Origin: Thecamonas trahens ATCC 50062 | Taxonomy: Eukaryota > Protista > Apusomonadida | NCBI RefSeq assembly: GCF_000142905.1 | Contig: NW_013657673.1 | Coordinates: 248,001-312,000 of the forward strand | Reading direction: 5' to 3' | Length of the DNA stretch: 64,000 bases | Part shown: piece by piece, positions 45,201-56,369 of the stretch | Numbering within the stretch: the first letter of the stretch is position 1 | Layout of the letters: every line of letters starts with the position of its first letter | The notes under the pieces: model-generated | Database searches by the model: none | What the model saw: the letters and a program-made list of their open reading frames with translations, nothing else | Told to the model about the DNA's origin: nothing | Program-made: the position numbers and the translations under genes

Positions 45201-46852
45201 GCTCGGAAGCCAGCTGCTTCTTCTTCTCGTTGACCATGACTGCATACTCGTGCTCCTGCTCCTCGAGTACCTCGATCTTGCTCGTCACAAATTCCAGCTT
45301 CTCCAGGATCAGCGCTCGCGAGGCGCTTGTCTCGGCGTTGCCCGACCGCAGCTGGGCGAGGTTGGCCTCGAGCTTGTTGACCTTGCGCTCGGCGTTGGCA
45401 ACCTGCTCCAGCAGACCCGACGTGTCATCGAGCTCAAACCCGGGCGAGGCTAGCTGCGGCGAAGCCAGAGGCGACGACGAGAATGACCCGGGTCGCATCA
45501 CCTGTGCCTGTGGGTTGCCCGGCGATGCCACCACAGGCTGCCGCTGCGGTGAGCCGAGCGGCAGAGCCACAGCAGCAGCCGGGGGATTCACTTGCAGCGG
45601 GGGTGGCACCGATGCACGGCCTTGCGGGGGGCCACGGCTGCCACCGTCACGCGCCCCCACAATCGCCTGATAGTCCTCGATCAGCTGCTGCGGCATGCGC
45701 GACGTGTCAGGCAGTCGCTTGTGAACCTTGTACGCGTTGAGAAGGTGGAGCGCCAGGCAAAATTCCATCTTGCTCAGCATGGTATCCTTGTCAATGTCCG
45801 AGAGCGACCAGACCCGATTAGCAACCTGCGGCTCGACGCCAAACGCTTCGAGCTTGGGCAGAACCTGCTTCCGCTGGACATACCCCGTTTTGCGGGTATC
45901 AACCGTCGCAAACAAGGCCTCGTACTGCTTGACTTCAGCTTCAGTGATGGTCTCGACAGCAATGATGGCTGCGGTCTCCTGCGACGGCTGCCCGAGCGAC
46001 CCAGCTCCGGGTGGGGACGTCGGGAGCGAGTTGCTGTCGCTGCCGCTGGTGTTCAGCGGCGCAAGCGGAATCCCCGGCATCATTTGCGACGCAAACTGTC
46101 CAAAGTCCATCTGCGTCAGATCGATGACGCCAGTGGCCGCCCCTCCATCCCCACCCGCGCCTGCTGGGGCTCCGGCAGGGGCAGGTGTGGCTGCCACAGG
46201 CGCAACCGCCGGGGTTATATCCGGCGGCGGCGTGGGTTCGGGCTGAAGCGCACGTAAGGCGGCGTACTTATCCTGTTCCGGAGGGGCAAGCGCCGGTGAG
46301 GCCGGCGGCGGCGTGCCGAACCGGGCATCAAAGGCGAGGCCTAAGCCGCCGCTCGCGGCCGGCGCGGTTGCCAGCTCGCGCGGATACTGCGAGATGCTTG
46401 GCAGCGGAACGGTGGAAGCAGTAGATGGCGAAAGCGCGGTCTCATAATCGATGCCGGCCTGTGCTGCCGCAATCAGATGCAGAAAGGCAAAGAACTGGGT
46501 CTTGGTCAGCTGGCCGACATTCGATGGGTCTGCTCGGGCAAAGCATGCCTTGAGCACCGCCTGCGACAGGCCGGTCCATTTGAGGAACTTGACACATTCC
46601 CTTCCACCCACATTCCCCGACTGTGGATCCGCTAGGTCTTCATACACCCGCGTGTAGTACGTCGTGTGCGCCAGTGTCAGCCCTGTATTCCCTCCTCTCA
46701 CCGGCCGCACCGTTAGCTGTGAGCCTGTGTGTGCTGAAGAAAGCACGCGCCACATACCTTCTCTGCACCCCCCCCCCCCACACACACACACACACTCACA
46801 CATACACACATTCCCTCACCCAACCCATCCCCCTCTCCCACGTACCCGGCAT
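42244..46852 (-). CDS. Eps15-like EH-domain, coiled-coil, Rab-GAP (TBC) fusion protein; intron 46683-46845
   Basis: Two EH domains (GLSQAVLKACFARAD; VWSLSDIDKDTMLSKMEFCLALHL), coiled coil, Phe-rich tail, TBC domain (GMPPRMRGKLW, EWATTLFA, LLVRVWDIFFVRG). Confidence 0.88.
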
Positions 46853-47008
46853 GAAGACACGACACTCTTGGGGTCAAGTGTAGCGGTAGAGGTGGGTCAG
46901 TCTCCCAATAGCTTGTCAGCCTCTGGCAGAGGTGAACGTCGAACGTGCGGCTGCCAACCAAATAGCCTGTTCGCCGAACACGTCGCCGCACGGGTTGCAA
47001 TCACCGAC

Positions 47009-47060
47009 CCGCACACACACCGCCAGCACACACACCGCCAGCACACACACACACCGCCAG

Positions 47061-47091
<31 letters not shown>

Positions 47092-47092
47092 T
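47009..47092. repeat. CA-rich minisatellite (CACACACACCGCCAG)n
   Basis: 3 units plus (CA)n between divergent genes. Confidence 0.8.
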
Positions 47093-47198
47093 CCACACCT
47101 CATCACAGCACTCTTCCATACCACTGCTGGAGCGACTTCCTTCTTCTTTCCTCTCTCTCTCTCTTCCTTCTTCGTTCTCTACACGTCTTACGCACCCC

Positions 47199-50100
47199 AT
47201 GGCTGGCACGGTACGTGGGCGCGAGGTGGCTTTTGCGCGCGCTTTATCGGGGAGGCAGGCTACAGGCTTGGGGCAAGACGGCTCGCGTCACATACACACA
47301 CACACAGAGAGAAACATACGCACACATACTCACACTCAATACTTTACGCTTGTATGATCTATGGGGAATGGGTGCAGGGAAGGGATCGTGGCGGACGGGG
47401 CAAGAGCAAGGGCGGACAGAGTGAGAGCGTGCTGGTGGTGGTGCGCCCGCGCCCGTTTCTGGAGCGGGAGCTGGAGACCGAGCGAGTGGTCCATGTGGTC
47501 AACCCACAGACGCTCATTATCGACAAGTATGTGGACGATCCGCTGCGGTACATGTTTGACACTGTTCTGACGGAGCAGGCGAGTCAGGAGGAGGTGTACG
47601 GCCAGGTAGCACCGATCGTGGACGGCGTGCTTAACGGCATCAACGGCACCATCTTTGCCTACGGGCAGACATCAACCGGAAAGACGTATACCATGCTTGG
47701 GGCCCAGGGGCTGGCTTCGTGGGCTGACGATGAGAGCGAGGGCGGGAGCGGGGGTGCAGACGTGTTTGGCGCAGAGGCCGCGCCGGCTGACGACGGCGGG
47801 GCTGGGCTCATTCCCCGGGCAGTCCAGACCCTGTTCGCGGCTGCCAACCGCGCTGGCGAGTCGGGCGACGCCGCCATCTCGATGTACTGCTCGTATCTGG
47901 AAATTTACAACGAGAAGCTGTACGACCTGCTGCAGTACGGCGCCAAGACCAAGCGCGACCTTAGCATCATGGAGGACAAGGAGCGCGGAGTGTACGCGCA
48001 CGGCGCGCGCGAGATCAAGGTTTCGTCGCCACGCCAGGTATTCAATCTCATGCAGCAAGGCCTTCGCCGACGTGCTGTCGCCTCGACCGCCCTCAACCAG
48101 CTCTCCTCGCGCTCACACACCATTTTCCAGGTTTTTGTTGAGACCGTCGTCCACGAGACTGGCAAGATCCTACGCGGCAAGCTCAACCTTGTTGATCTGG
48201 CCGGTTCAGAAAGTGGGATGTTGGCCAGCACACATATGTTGCCGACGCCACCGAGCTCAAAGAGCTGCGCAACATCAACCAGTCGCTCTCAGCGCTGGGC
48301 AACTGTGTCAACGCACTTTCGCAAAGGGGCCGGACCCACATCCCCTACCGCGACTCGAAGCTCACCCGCCTGCTGCAGGACTCGCTTGGTGGGAATACCC
48401 GGACTGCGTTCATTGCCACCGTCTCGCCGTCAGTTGACTCGGTCGAAGAGTCAGTCCAGACCCTCAAGTTTATGGAGCGCTCCAAGAAGATCAAGCTCAC
48501 CGTGTGCGCCAACGAGTCGGAGAATCCTGCTGTTCAGCTCCAGCGATACAAGGCCGAGCTTGCACGGATGCGTGCACTGCAGGAAGGTCGCCTCCCTCCG
48601 TCTGCCGAGCACTCTGGTCCGGCTGCCGGTGGCCCAGGCGGCGCATGCTTCTCACAAACCGCCATCCCGCACGGCATGGAGCTGATTCCGTCGGAGCAGC
48701 TTTCGCGGCTGTACTCGCAACTGGAGGCGTCAGAGCGACTCTCGCTTGGTGTCCGCGAAAAGCTTGCCCAGTCGCGCAACTTGCTGCATCGTGAACGCGA
48801 GGAGCGTGCCAAACTCAACGTGGTCATCAACACGGCCATTGCCCAGATCCGCACAAGCGGACCGATGACGTCCAAGCGCGAAGAGGCGGCTGTGCAGGAG
48901 GCGGCCGTTCTTCGTGAGGAGAACGCCTACCTCCAGCGCCGGCTGGAGACGCTCGAGGCCGGTGCTGACGCCCTATCGGCTCGGGCTGCCGAGCTCGCCG
49001 AGTACCAGGCGTGGCTCGAGGCGGTCCCGGTTGAGACCACAGACTCGAGCGCTGACAGCGAGCATGGGGACGAGGGCGAGACCATGTCTCCTGCCGCCAA
49101 GATCGAGCTTCTCCTACGCGCCAAGCAGCAGTCCGAGCTTGAGCTGCTGGCCACCAAGCGCAAGTTTGTCGGCTTTTGCGAGCAGGTTCAGGGCGCACTG
49201 CAGGCCAAAGTGCATGAGCTGGAGACGGTGACCAAGCGGGAGAAGCAGACCCGCGCCCAAGTTGCGCAACTGCAGGCTGCACTGGCTAAGGCCCGTGCGC
49301 CTTCCTCGCCCAAGGAGGCAGGTTCTGACGCTGCCGCCGGTGTTACCAAGCAGCACCTGTTCCTGCTGCTGGAGAAGGAGGCCCAGATCAAGGCCGCGCA
49401 GGAGACGGTGTTGGCCACTCTAGAGGCCGTCGATACCACGCTCGAGGAGACCGCTGACGCCATCATGGGCGTCCAGTTCTCATCCAAGCTTCCCAAGATC
49501 CGCAGCCAGCTTGTGCGAGCCCTCGAGAGTGCCACCGACGAGATCCACCGACTGGAAGACGCGCTGTCGTCGGGCCGGAGCTTGCATATGGGTACGAGCA
49601 CGGCGGCGCAACGCGGCCAGGTTGCTACAGCTGCAGTCTCGGCCTCGACCTCACTCTCGTCCGAGTCGAGCGCATCGTCCGCGGTGCTGACGACCCAGGA
49701 CCTGCAGACGACGATCAAGACTTCGACGGCCAGGAGCGGGCGGCGTGCCGAGCGGCGAACCACGTCGCGCCTGGCGGCCACCAAGGCCGGTGGCAAGCGC
49801 GATCCAGCTCTAGACGCCGCTCGCGCTTTTGGGCTCCCTGTCAACATGTCCAAGGTCGCCAAGACGCCTGCGCAAATGGCCGCGCGGAGAGCTGCTCGCC
49901 CTTCTTCGGCGCCTGGATCGGCGCCGGCCCCTCCCCAGGCAACCGAGTCAGCCCACAGTGCCGCAGGAAGCCAGACGAGTGGATCCCGGACAGGCCAGCG
50001 CAAGAGGGTCAAGAAGAAGCGGCGAGTGGTCGCCGCGTCTGCGCTGCCAGTCCCGACCATGTCTGGCAAGTCCCGGATTCCGGCCCGACCGGCTCCCGGT

Positions 50101-50202
50101 CCTGCACCGACCACCGGCGTCCTTCGCTCGGACCCGCTGCAATCGCTCGGCAGCAGCAGCGCCAGTGCGCGGTTTGACCAGTTTGGCCGGCTCATCAAGT
50201 GA
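47199..50202 (+). CDS. N-terminal kinesin motor protein with a coiled-coil stalk; intron 47211-47377; frameshift at about 48211
   Basis: IFAYGQTSTGKTYTM, SYLEIYNE, SSRSH, LVDLAGSE; after the shift, INQSLSALGN and HIPYRDSKLTRLLQDSLGGN. Confidence 0.93.
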
Positions 50203-50365
50203 TGCGCGAAGCAGCTACACTCCCGACGTCGTGCCAGTATGATGATGCAAGTAACAGCCCAATGTGACAGTGTGTTTGCCTTTGAATGGTGAGCTGGCGT
50301 GACGACAGGGGGAAGGAGCACACCGCACTCGAGGCCACTGTGCTAGTAACAGCCAAGTGTGGAAG

Positions 50366-51226
50366 ATGGCAATGCAGGCGCGCACTGTGGAGGTCTTCTT
50401 TGACGTTGTCTCGCCGTATGCCTACCTCGGTCTGGAGATTGTGAGGCGGTACGCCGGGGCTTGGGCGCTCAACGTGGCGTACACGCCGTTCTTTCTGGGC
50501 GGGGCCATCATGGCGACCAAAAACACGCCGCCGGCCAACGTGCCGACCAAGGCCAAGTACATGGAGATAGATGTGCGGCGGAGCGGCGATATCATGGGCA
50601 TGCCGGTCATCATGCCCGACAACTTCCGCGAGGTCATGTTTGGCACGCTCAAGGCCCAGCGGGTGCTCACCGCTCTCGCGGCGCTCGAGTCGGGAGGGGT
50701 GGAGAAGGAGACCGGCCTGGCGCGGGTGGTGGTGCCGGCCGAGGAAGCACAAGCCGGTCAGAGTCAGCCACAAGTTGTATCGGCTGCGCTCGCCATGTAC
50801 AAGCGCACCTTTGGCGGCGAGGGCAAGGAGATGATCTCGGACGAGGGACTTCGCGCCGCGCTGATTGAGGGCGGCGTCGATGATCCTGACCGCATCGAGG
50901 CACTGCTGGTGGCGACGGGCGAGTCTGGGATCAAGGACGCGCTTGCGGCCAACACCCAGCGGGTGGTGGACGCCGGATCGTTTGGCGGGCCGACCTTTCT
51001 CATCCACAACTCGGACGATTCCGACGCGACGCCGGAGCTCATCTTTGGCTCGGACCGGTTCCATCACATGGCACATCTGCTCGGTGGTGGTCGAGTGTAC
51101 TCGGGCCCTGGCGGGCCGGGCCGCAAGCTTGATCTAGTCCCCCGAAAGCTCTGTTTGTTAACGATTTTCCCTGTGTGTGTGCTGACAGCAGTGTCAAAGA
51201 CGTGCACACAGCGATGTCTCATGTGA
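50366..51226 (+). CDS. GSTK1: Glutathione S-transferase kappa / DsbA-like; true stop may be TGA at 51130-51132
   Basis: FFDVVSPYAYL, PFFLGG, GSFGGPTF, IFGSDRF. Confidence 0.85.
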   Translation: MAMQARTVEVFFDVVSPYAYLGLEIVRRYAGAWALNVAYTPFFLGGAIMATKNTPPANVPTKAKYMEIDVRRSGDIMGMPVIMPDNFREVMFGTLKAQRVLTALAALESGGVEKETGLARVVVPAEEAQAGQSQPQVVSAALAMYKRTFGGEGKEMISDEGLRAALIEGGVDDPDRIEALLVATGESGIKDALAANTQRVVDAGSFGGPTFLIHNSDDSDATPELIFGSDRFHHMAHLLGGGRVYSGPGGPGRKLDLVPRKLCLLTIFPVCVLTAVSKTCTQRCLM

Positions 51227-52821
51227 GGTGGCCAGCCTGGTGGAGGCGGGCCTGGAGGGCGCGGACCACCAAGTTAATGTTGTGTTGCTTGGTGTGAAGA
51301 ACCTCGAGGACAGCATGAACCTCGGCAAGCGACTTGATGACCTGCTTTTGCTCCGAGTCGAGGTAGGCAAGCGTCTCAGCCGACTTGCCCTCGGCCACCC
51401 CTGCTGCAGTAGCTTGAGCGACGCATCGTTCTCCTGGGTCCACACCTTGGCAAAGTTTGAGCCAATGACAGTGATGGGGAACGAAATGAGGAGTACACCC
51501 GAGATCATGGTCACCGACGCGACCAGCCGGCCGGCGGTCGAGAGCGGGACGTGGTCGCCGTAGCCTACTGTGGTCATAGTCACAACCGACCACCAGAAAC
51601 ACGCCGGAATCGACTGGAACGGTGAGACCTTGCCGTCGGAGCGGATCCAGCGCTGCTGTGCGTCGTCGTAGGTCGACTCGGAGAGCTCGGCGTAGTACAG
51701 GCCTGACGAGAAGAAGACAACGGCGAGGAGGAAGAGAAAGACAAGTAGGCCGAGAGCGTCCAGCGATGCCATCAGCGCCTGGGTCACTAGTCCAAAGCCC
51801 TTGGAGTACTTGGAGAGCTTGAAGAGGCGGAAGACCCGGGTGAGGCGGACGACGCGGATGACGGCAAACGAGCCAAGGTTGTTGCCCGAGAGCGCAAGCT
51901 CGATGTAAAACGGGAGAATGGCAGCAAGATCGACAATGTTCATGGGACCCTTGACAAACTGCCACACGTTGTCGCATGTCAGGAGCTTGGTCACGTACTC
52001 GATGGTGAAGACGCCGACACACACAATCTCCAGCCAGACCAGCGACGACGGCGTATCCTCAACGTACTGCGGCAGCGATGAGACGCAAAAGACGGCCGTA
52101 GAGACCAGAATGAGGACCAGGATAAAGACGTTGACCCAAAATGCAATTGCCGAGTACTCGGGATCGTCCAGCGTGGCAAAGACAATCTGCTTCTGCGACT
52201 GCGGCACCGTCGTCGTGTTGGCCGCCGTCGCCGTCCCGGACAGCAGGTTCTCCACCCCTGACGACTCCGAGTACTCTACCACAGCGTCCGCACAGCGCAC
52301 AGGTCCCACCATATCCATGAGTGACCCCCCTCCCCACTACCCCCGCCTTCGTCCCTCCCCCCCCCCCTTTACGTACCCTCGTACGAGTACGATGCGTCAG
52401 CTGGAGCATGCGGGTGGCCAAACGACGGCGCCGTGGCCACATGGATAGACGAGATGGCCGAGGCCTGCGCCGCCATGGCTGAGCGCAGGCTACCCGACTA
52501 AGATGGTGGGGAGGTAAGTGTGGAGGTTAACAGGCTGGTCGATGTACCGCCTGATGTCTCTTCCTGGCACCTGCTCCCGTCTCAAGCCTGTGCCTGGCGA
52601 TGAGTGTCCACACTCCGTTGGCTTACGGTTATATTCGCAAGCTCACTTGAGTGGGCATCTGCCGTATCGTCATCGATGGGGCACAAAGTGCTCCGGCTGT
52701 GCCTGGTCAGACTGCAACTGGTCGAGTTGCAACTGGCCAAGCTGCAACTGGTCCGGCTGCAACTGCTCATCGAGATCTGGTGGTAAGACTGGTCATCATC
52801 CACAGCCAGTCCGGGGAACAT
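51219..52821 (-). CDS. Voltage-gated K+ channel (6TM, no T1 domain); introns 52498-52626 and 52276-52376; frameshift at about 51399; start uncertain (52821 or 52476)
   Basis: S4 IRVVRLTRVFRLFK, NIVDLAAILPFY, pore FWWSVVTMTTVGYGD, S6; C-terminal coiled coil in the shifted frame. Confidence 0.9.
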
Positions 52822-53101
52822 GTTGCTCACTGCTAGCACGGGGTCGTTGGAGCAGAGCGAGTGGAAGGCGAGGGGGGGGGGGGGGGGATGGGGGGGAGGG
52901 TAGCACTCCATGAAACAGTCCTTCGTGTCTGGCAAGCCTCTATGGCATGAGATCACCGTCATCGGATGGTCCAAGTACCCCAAGACAGAAGCAATGGCGC
53001 CGATGTGGGGCCTTTGTCCAAGGTAGGTCCGTGTGTTTCGGTCAGCGTGCAGTGAGTTGGTCAGGTGGCCACACTCGACGCCGTGCGCCCAAACAGGCGG
53101 G

Positions 53102-55072
53102 ATGGCTAAAGTGGGGCACAGGACCGGGTCAGACGAGAAGCTCGAGGCTCAGGTGTTGTCGATGCCAGTAGAGACAAGAGACCGGCGGGGGCGCAAGTTG
53201 CGGGTGGCCAGGACGAGTGGCGTTGGTGGTGGTGGTGGCGACGGGGTGCATGGCGGTGGGTCCGGCAGCAACATCGACGCTCTCTTCTCGGACGACTCGA
53301 TCTCGTCGTCGCTGGACATCTCGGACGATGACGGGTCGAGTAGCGACCAAGTGAACGAGGCTCTCAGCGGTGTTGTCGTGAAGCCGCTGGAGTTGGATCC
53401 GCTGTACAAGCGCCGCAACAAGGGCGTCAAGCTGAGCCTGCAGACCGTGTCGTGGGCGCCGACAGCAGCCGGCAGCGGGACCGCGAGCGACGCGCCGATC
53501 TCAACAGAGTCCGAGGCCATCTTTGTCACCGACGGCGTCATCTTCTCGCCGCTGCTCTCGGGCATGTCGGCCGACTCGGGCCCGGCCTTTGCCTTTGCCG
53601 ACTGCGGGTCAGACTCGGACGACTCGGCACACCTTGACGCCGAGAAGGGCGGCGTGGTCATGACGCCCGGCTCGCTCGCCGCCGAGCAGCAAGCCGCACT
53701 GGATCTGGTCAAGTCGGTACTTGGCTTGCCAGAGCTCTTGGCCCGTACCCTACTGGATCACTACGGATACGACACCAGCCGGATGATGGAGGAGTTTGTC
53801 GACCGCGAGGCCGAGGTTCTCGCTGCCATCGGGTGGTCCGAGGGCGAGAACGGCGCGGCCGCCAGCGGCACGGGCGATGCCGGTGCTAGCGATAGTGCCA
53901 GCGCCGACGCTGCCTGTGCCATTTGCTTTCTGGACGATCCAGCAGAACTGGCCGCGCTCTCATGTGGGCATCCGCTCTGTCGCGACTGCTGGTCGTCGTA
54001 CCTGCGGATCAAGATCACCGAGAACGACGTGGCCAGCATTCCGTGCCCCGCCGGCGAGTGCGGAGTGCGTGCTGATCAGGCGTTTGTGGCCAAGTACGTT
54101 GACGCGGCGGTGTTTGACAAGTTTCAGCGGTTCTTGCTGCAGAACTTTGTGACGTCGAACAAGAATGTGGTGTGGTGCCCGGCCGGCGGTTGCGAGAACG
54201 CGGTCAAGGTTGAGTCTGCCCTCGAGGCACTGTGTGCGTGCGGCTGGCGCTTTTGCCCCTCGTGCAACGAAGAGTGCCATGTCCCAGTCTCGTGCGCGCA
54301 CATGCGCGAGTGGGGCAAGCACCTCGCCGAGGATAACGTCAACAAGGCCTGGATTCTCAACAACACCAAGGACTGCCCCAAATGCGGCGTGACGATCGAA
54401 AAGAACATGGGCTGCATGCACATGTCGTGCGGCGGGCACGGCACCCGCGTCACCGGATGCGGTCACGAGTTCTGCTGGCTCTGCCTCGGCGACTGGCGGA
54501 CTCACTCACACTGCGGCCGCGACGAGACCGCCGGCGATCGCAACAGCAAGCGCATCGGCGTCGTCCGACAGCTCCACTTCACCTCGCGATTCGAGGCCCA
54601 TCGTGATGCGCACAAGCTCGAGCTTGAGCTCCGGTCCAGGACCGTGGCCAACATCGCCGCCTTCCGCAAGGCCCATCCCGACTCGATCGTCAAGCTCGGC
54701 TACATGCTTGACGCTGTTGAGGCACTCCTCTACTGCCGCAAAACCCTGCAGTTTACCTACGCCTATGCATTCTTTCTCAAGCCAGACTCGCCCGAGAAAA
54801 ACCTGTTTGAGTATCTCCAGGGCGAGCTCGAAACCTCGGTCGAGACGCTCTCGGAAGCCATCGACTTGCCGATTGATGTCGAACACCGGAGCAAAATCAA
54901 GAAGCTCACGCGCGCTGCACTTCGGCGGCTTAACCATCTCCTTGACGGCGTCGAGGTCGGACTCACCACCGATGCCGACGACTTTAAGGCCGTCAACGTG
55001 ACCACCGACGAGGCAGGAGCGTCCAGCGGCAACCGTACCACCATTCGCTCGCTCTTCTCTCGCCGATCGTAG
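53102..55072 (+). CDS. ARIH1: Ariadne-family RBR E3 ubiquitin ligase
   Basis: UBA-like region, RING1, IBR, RING2 (TKDCPKC..IEKNMGCMHMSC..FCWLC), Ariadne domain (CRKTLQFTYAYAFFL..LFEYLQGELE). Confidence 0.9.
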   Translation: MAKVGHRTGSDEKLEAQVLSMPVETRDRRGRKLRVARTSGVGGGGGDGVHGGGSGSNIDALFSDDSISSSLDISDDDGSSSDQVNEALSGVVVKPLELDPLYKRRNKGVKLSLQTVSWAPTAAGSGTASDAPISTESEAIFVTDGVIFSPLLSGMSADSGPAFAFADCGSDSDDSAHLDAEKGGVVMTPGSLAAEQQAALDLVKSVLGLPELLARTLLDHYGYDTSRMMEEFVDREAEVLAAIGWSEGENGAAASGTGDAGASDSASADAACAICFLDDPAELAALSCGHPLCRDCWSSYLRIKITENDVASIPCPAGECGVRADQAFVAKYVDAAVFDKFQRFLLQNFVTSNKNVVWCPAGGCENAVKVESALEALCACGWRFCPSCNEECHVPVSCAHMREWGKHLAEDNVNKAWILNNTKDCPKCGVTIEKNMGCMHMSCGGHGTRVTGCGHEFCWLCLGDWRTHSHCGRDETAGDRNSKRIGVVRQLHFTSRFEAHRDAHKLELELRSRTVANIAAFRKAHPDSIVKLGYMLDAVEALLYCRKTLQFTYAYAFFLKPDSPEKNLFEYLQGELETSVETLSEAIDLPIDVEHRSKIKKLTRAALRRLNHLLDGVEVGLTTDADDFKAVNVTTDEAGASSGNRTTIRSLFSRRS

Positions 55073-55194
55073 TCGCGCGCAATCTCTTTGTCGGGCGAGT
55101 CAAGGTAAAGCACTGGTGCCAGGTCCAGCTACAGCAGTCAAGCTGTGCTGTCTTCACCCCACCCACCCCACCTGACTCATCCAAGTCAGTAGCC

Positions 55195-56352
55195 ATGTCG
55201 GCCACAAAGACGTGCAACATTGTGGCGTGCATTGTGGCTGTTGGCGAGTCGGGCGCGTCGGCTGCAGCGGGGAAGGTCAAGCGCGCAGTAGAGGTCATCG
55301 ATGGGGCATGGGCAGGAGAGTGCTGCGCGGTCGGCGCAGCGGCCGAGGCTGTGGCCGCCGCCTGTGCAGCCGCCGCCGATGCAGGCGCTGCAGGTGCGCT
55401 GGTGGTGGCGATGGCCGATGCTAGCGAGACCAGTGTTCAGAGTGTGCTGCAGATTCTTGTGCATGTCAAGCGCACAGAGCCCGGATGGCTGCGGGTGGTG
55501 TGGAGCGAGGAGGGCAGCGAATCGGCAGAGATTCGTCTTGCGCTCTGCCGCGGCGGGGCGGCTATGGTGACAGCCAGCGCTACGGCGCTGGACGAGGCGC
55601 TGACTCTAGCAGGTGGCGATGCAGCAGCGCGTAGCGAAGATCAAGGCGTTGCGTGCCCTTTCTGCGGGGTGAACGGATTTGATGAGCTCGGGCTCTGGGC
55701 GCACGTCCCACTCTTCCACATGGTTGAGCGCAACGAAGTCAGCGGCAGCCGATGCCCGCTCTGCCCTCGGAAGCGGCTGGACGATCCGTTTCCGGTGCAT
55801 CTCTTTACCAAGCACTACCCGCCACACTTGCCACCACATGAGGAGAACGCGCAACCTGGGCTGCTGTACGCGTTTGCGCTGGTAGTGGTAGTGCGACCGG
55901 TCGACGGGGCCATCCTGGTGGTGCAAGAGTTTGACGATCAGGGCTTCTGGTTGCCAGGCGGACGGGTGGACCCCGGCGAGGGGCTGGCAGCGGCAGCGGT
56001 GCGCGAGACCCGCGAGGAGGCAGGCATCGACGTACGCCTGACTGGCATCCTCCGAATGGAGTTCTTTCCGAGGCCGCGATACGTCCGGCAGCGGATCGTA
56101 TTTCTGGCCGAGGTCGAAGACCCGAACCAACGGCCCAAGACGGTGCCGGACTTTCAGTCTGCGGGCGCAGCGTGGGCGACGCTCGACGAGCTGCGCCAGG
56201 TTTCGCTGCGCGGCTCGGAACCGCTGGTGTGGGCGACGTATCTCTCGCGCGGCGGGAGAGCGAGTCCTTTGAGCCTCTTGCACGAAGCCGGCGGTGGGCT
56301 GCCTCCAGGAGTCACCAACGACGATATTGCCTCGTACAAAACGCGCCGCTGA
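55195..56352 (+). CDS. Nudix hydrolase (NUDT18-like) with a Di19/KCMF1-type zinc finger and an N-terminal alpha/beta domain
   Basis: Nudix box GGRVDPGEGLAAAAVRETREEAG; CPFC..LWAHVPLFH and CPLC..HLFTKH. Confidence 0.85.
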   Translation: MSATKTCNIVACIVAVGESGASAAAGKVKRAVEVIDGAWAGECCAVGAAAEAVAAACAAAADAGAAGALVVAMADASETSVQSVLQILVHVKRTEPGWLRVVWSEEGSESAEIRLALCRGGAAMVTASATALDEALTLAGGDAAARSEDQGVACPFCGVNGFDELGLWAHVPLFHMVERNEVSGSRCPLCPRKRLDDPFPVHLFTKHYPPHLPPHEENAQPGLLYAFALVVVVRPVDGAILVVQEFDDQGFWLPGGRVDPGEGLAAAAVRETREEAGIDVRLTGILRMEFFPRPRYVRQRIVFLAEVEDPNQRPKTVPDFQSAGAAWATLDELRQVSLRGSEPLVWATYLSRGGRASPLSLLHEAGGGLPPGVTNDDIASYKTRR

Positions 56353-56369
56353 GTGGAGCGGGGCGCGCG

